This document shows, one piece after another, positions 62,470 to 64,000 of a stretch of DNA of 64,000 nt. The stretch is taken from assembly GCA_963713855.1 (NCBI GenBank), contig OY970209.1, forward strand, positions 96,001 to 160,000, read 5' to 3'. Position numbers and translations under genes: made by a program. The stretch's first letter is position 1, and every line of letters starts with the position of its first letter. Under the pieces are notes generated by a model, which worked only from the letters and a program-made list of their open reading frames with translations, was not told where the DNA came from and searched no databases. Source of the stretch: an uncultured bacterium (GTDB lineage Bacteria; Babelota; Babeliae; Babelales; Babelaceae).

Positions 62470-64000
62470 TATACTTCGACGTCCTGGGAGGTAGTAGCGG
62501 CCACAGATAGAACTTCCTCAATTGTTGTAAGTCCCATCTTAATTTTTCGAATACCGTCATCGAGGAGTAGGGTCATTCCTTCTTTCATGGCCTCTTTTTG
62601 TATTACTGAGGCATCGGCTCTTTCAACGGTAAGTCGTGCGATAGGATTGGTCATAGGCATTACTTCAAAGATAGCCATACGTCCTTTGTATCCCGTATTA
62701 GAGCATTCCTCGCAGCCTACGGCCTCATAAAACTTGATCGTCTTAGCCTCAGATGCGGATATACCTAACCGTTTTAATAAGTCTGGATCTGGCTTATATT
62801 CCTTTTTACAATACGGGCAGAGTTTACGAACAAGGCGCTGTGCAATGACGCACGTAAGCGTTGATGCAATTAAGAAGGGCTCTATTCCCATATCAAGAAG
62901 TCGAGTAATGCTTGCTGCAGCGCTATTCGTGTGTAGGGTACTTAACACAAGGTGTCCGGTCAAAGCGGATTGTATAGCAATCTGTGCGGTTTCTCGGTCA
63001 CGAGTTTCACCGATCATGATTATATCGGGGTCTTGACGCAAAATGGACCTAAGAGCGGCTGCGAATGTTAGACCTATGCTCTCACGTACTTGCACTTGCC
63101 CGACACCCTGCATTTGGTACTCGACCGGGTCTTCAACGGTGATTATATTGACTCCGGGCTTATTGAGCCTTCCTAAAATTGCGTAGAGCGTTGTCGTTTT
63201 ACCAGAACCTGTTGGACCTGTAATAAGAACGATGCCATTTGGCTGCTCGATGCTGTAAAGCACTCCTTTATAATCATGCTCGCTAAAGCCAAGATCTTTA
63301 AGGTCGGCAAAGCTTTTGCTTTTATCTAAAAGTCGCATTACGATACGCTCACCAAAGGTGACGGGTAGAACGGATACACGTATGTCGATTGGTTTATCGG
63401 CTATCTTTATCTGAATACGTCCATCTTGCGGTTGGCGTTTTTCAGCAATGTTAAGGTTTGCCATGATTTTAATACGCGACGTAATAGCTGCTTGTGCACG
63501 CTTTGGGGGGGACATGACTGGATACAAAACACCATCGATACGATAGCGCACCTGTAGCTCTTTTTCAAAAGGCTCGATATGTATGTCGGACGCATCGCGC
63601 TTTACTGCTTGATAGAGGATATGATTAACCAGCTTTATGATAGGCGCCTCATTAGCCATACCGAGTATGTCTTCTTCCTCAATCGCGCCAAGGTCCATCT
63701 CGGATGCAAGCTCTTTTTCCTCTTCAAGCTCCGCTATCATCTGCTTTGTACCTTCTAGGGGGTAATAGCGATTAATAGCATCAATGATGGTTGATCGCGC
63801 TGCGACTGCTCGAGTCGTATTCCCACCAAGTAGCATATTCAATTCGTCTGCTGGCTGATAATTAAGAGGATCAGTAAGCGCAATAACGACTGAACCGTCA
63901 GGGTTTCGAACCGGTATAATGCTATTTTCTCGTAAAAACTTTAAGGGGATTCTTCCAAGAAGTTCAGCATCCGCCATCTTATCAGTTATGGCTTCAAGAT
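62469..64000 (-). CDS. gspE: Type II secretion/T4P ATPase GspE (5' end beyond window)
   Basis: N-terminal domain ALTDP, EAPIIKLVN, GPTGSGKTT, LRQDPD, TGHLV, CxxC; frame is open to the window edge. Confidence 0.92.
   Translation of the reverse strand, partial: LEAITDKMADAELLGRIPLKFLRENSIIPVRNPDGSVVIALTDPLNYQPADELNMLLGGNTTRAVAARSTIIDAINRYYPLEGTKQMIAELEEEKELASEMDLGAIEEEDILGMANEAPIIKLVNHILYQAVKRDASDIHIEPFEKELQVRYRIDGVLYPVMSPPKRAQAAITSRIKIMANLNIAEKRQPQDGRIQIKIADKPIDIRVSVLPVTFGERIVMRLLDKSKSFADLKDLGFSEHDYKGVLYSIEQPNGIVLITGPTGSGKTTTLYAILGRLNKPGVNIITVEDPVEYQMQGVGQVQVRESIGLTFAAALRSILRQDPDIIMIGETRDRETAQIAIQSALTGHLVLSTLHTNSAAASITRLLDMGIEPFLIASTLTCVIAQRLVRKLCPYCKKEYKPDPDLLKRLGISASEAKTIKFYEAVGCEECSNTGYKGRMAIFEVMPMTNPIARLTVERADASVIQKEAMKEGMTLLLDDGIRKIKMGLTTIEEVLSVAATTSQDVEV

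Overview
64 kb of a reduced, AT-leaning bacterial chromosome. The gene content suggests an intracellular protist symbiont, most likely Candidatus Babeliae/Dependentiae (TM6); this is inference, not a database result. It rests on many signal-peptide hypotheticals, ankyrin and Sel1 proteins, nutrient importers, scattered type IV pilus/T2SS genes and split housekeeping operons. Housekeeping genes: dnaJ, sufS, a sufU-like scaffold, hup, tRNA-Leu/Cys, lepB, plsC, topA, metG, potABCD, gltX, rpsU, rbfA, atpB/atpE, lspA, pheT, trhO, murB. No CRISPR array, rRNA or intact transposase was seen. Most notable: (1) an unannotated family of structured intergenic elements at four loci, with compensatory base changes and a recurring 4-bp hairpin with a G(C/A)G(T/G)A loop; (2) a eukaryote-type NMNAT at the end of a housekeeping gene string; (3) an F0 c-subunit of four fused hairpins with E/Q/E/D at the ion-binding position; (4) a candidate A_AAA_AAG -1 frameshift joining a TM/coiled-coil ORF to an M23 peptidase; (5) 7- and 14-bladed beta-propeller surface proteins with a shared C-terminal anchor; (6) several pseudo-enzymes. 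Caveat: single-base indels in essential genes (topA, metG, lspA) point to assembly errors, so frameshift-based calls are provisional.
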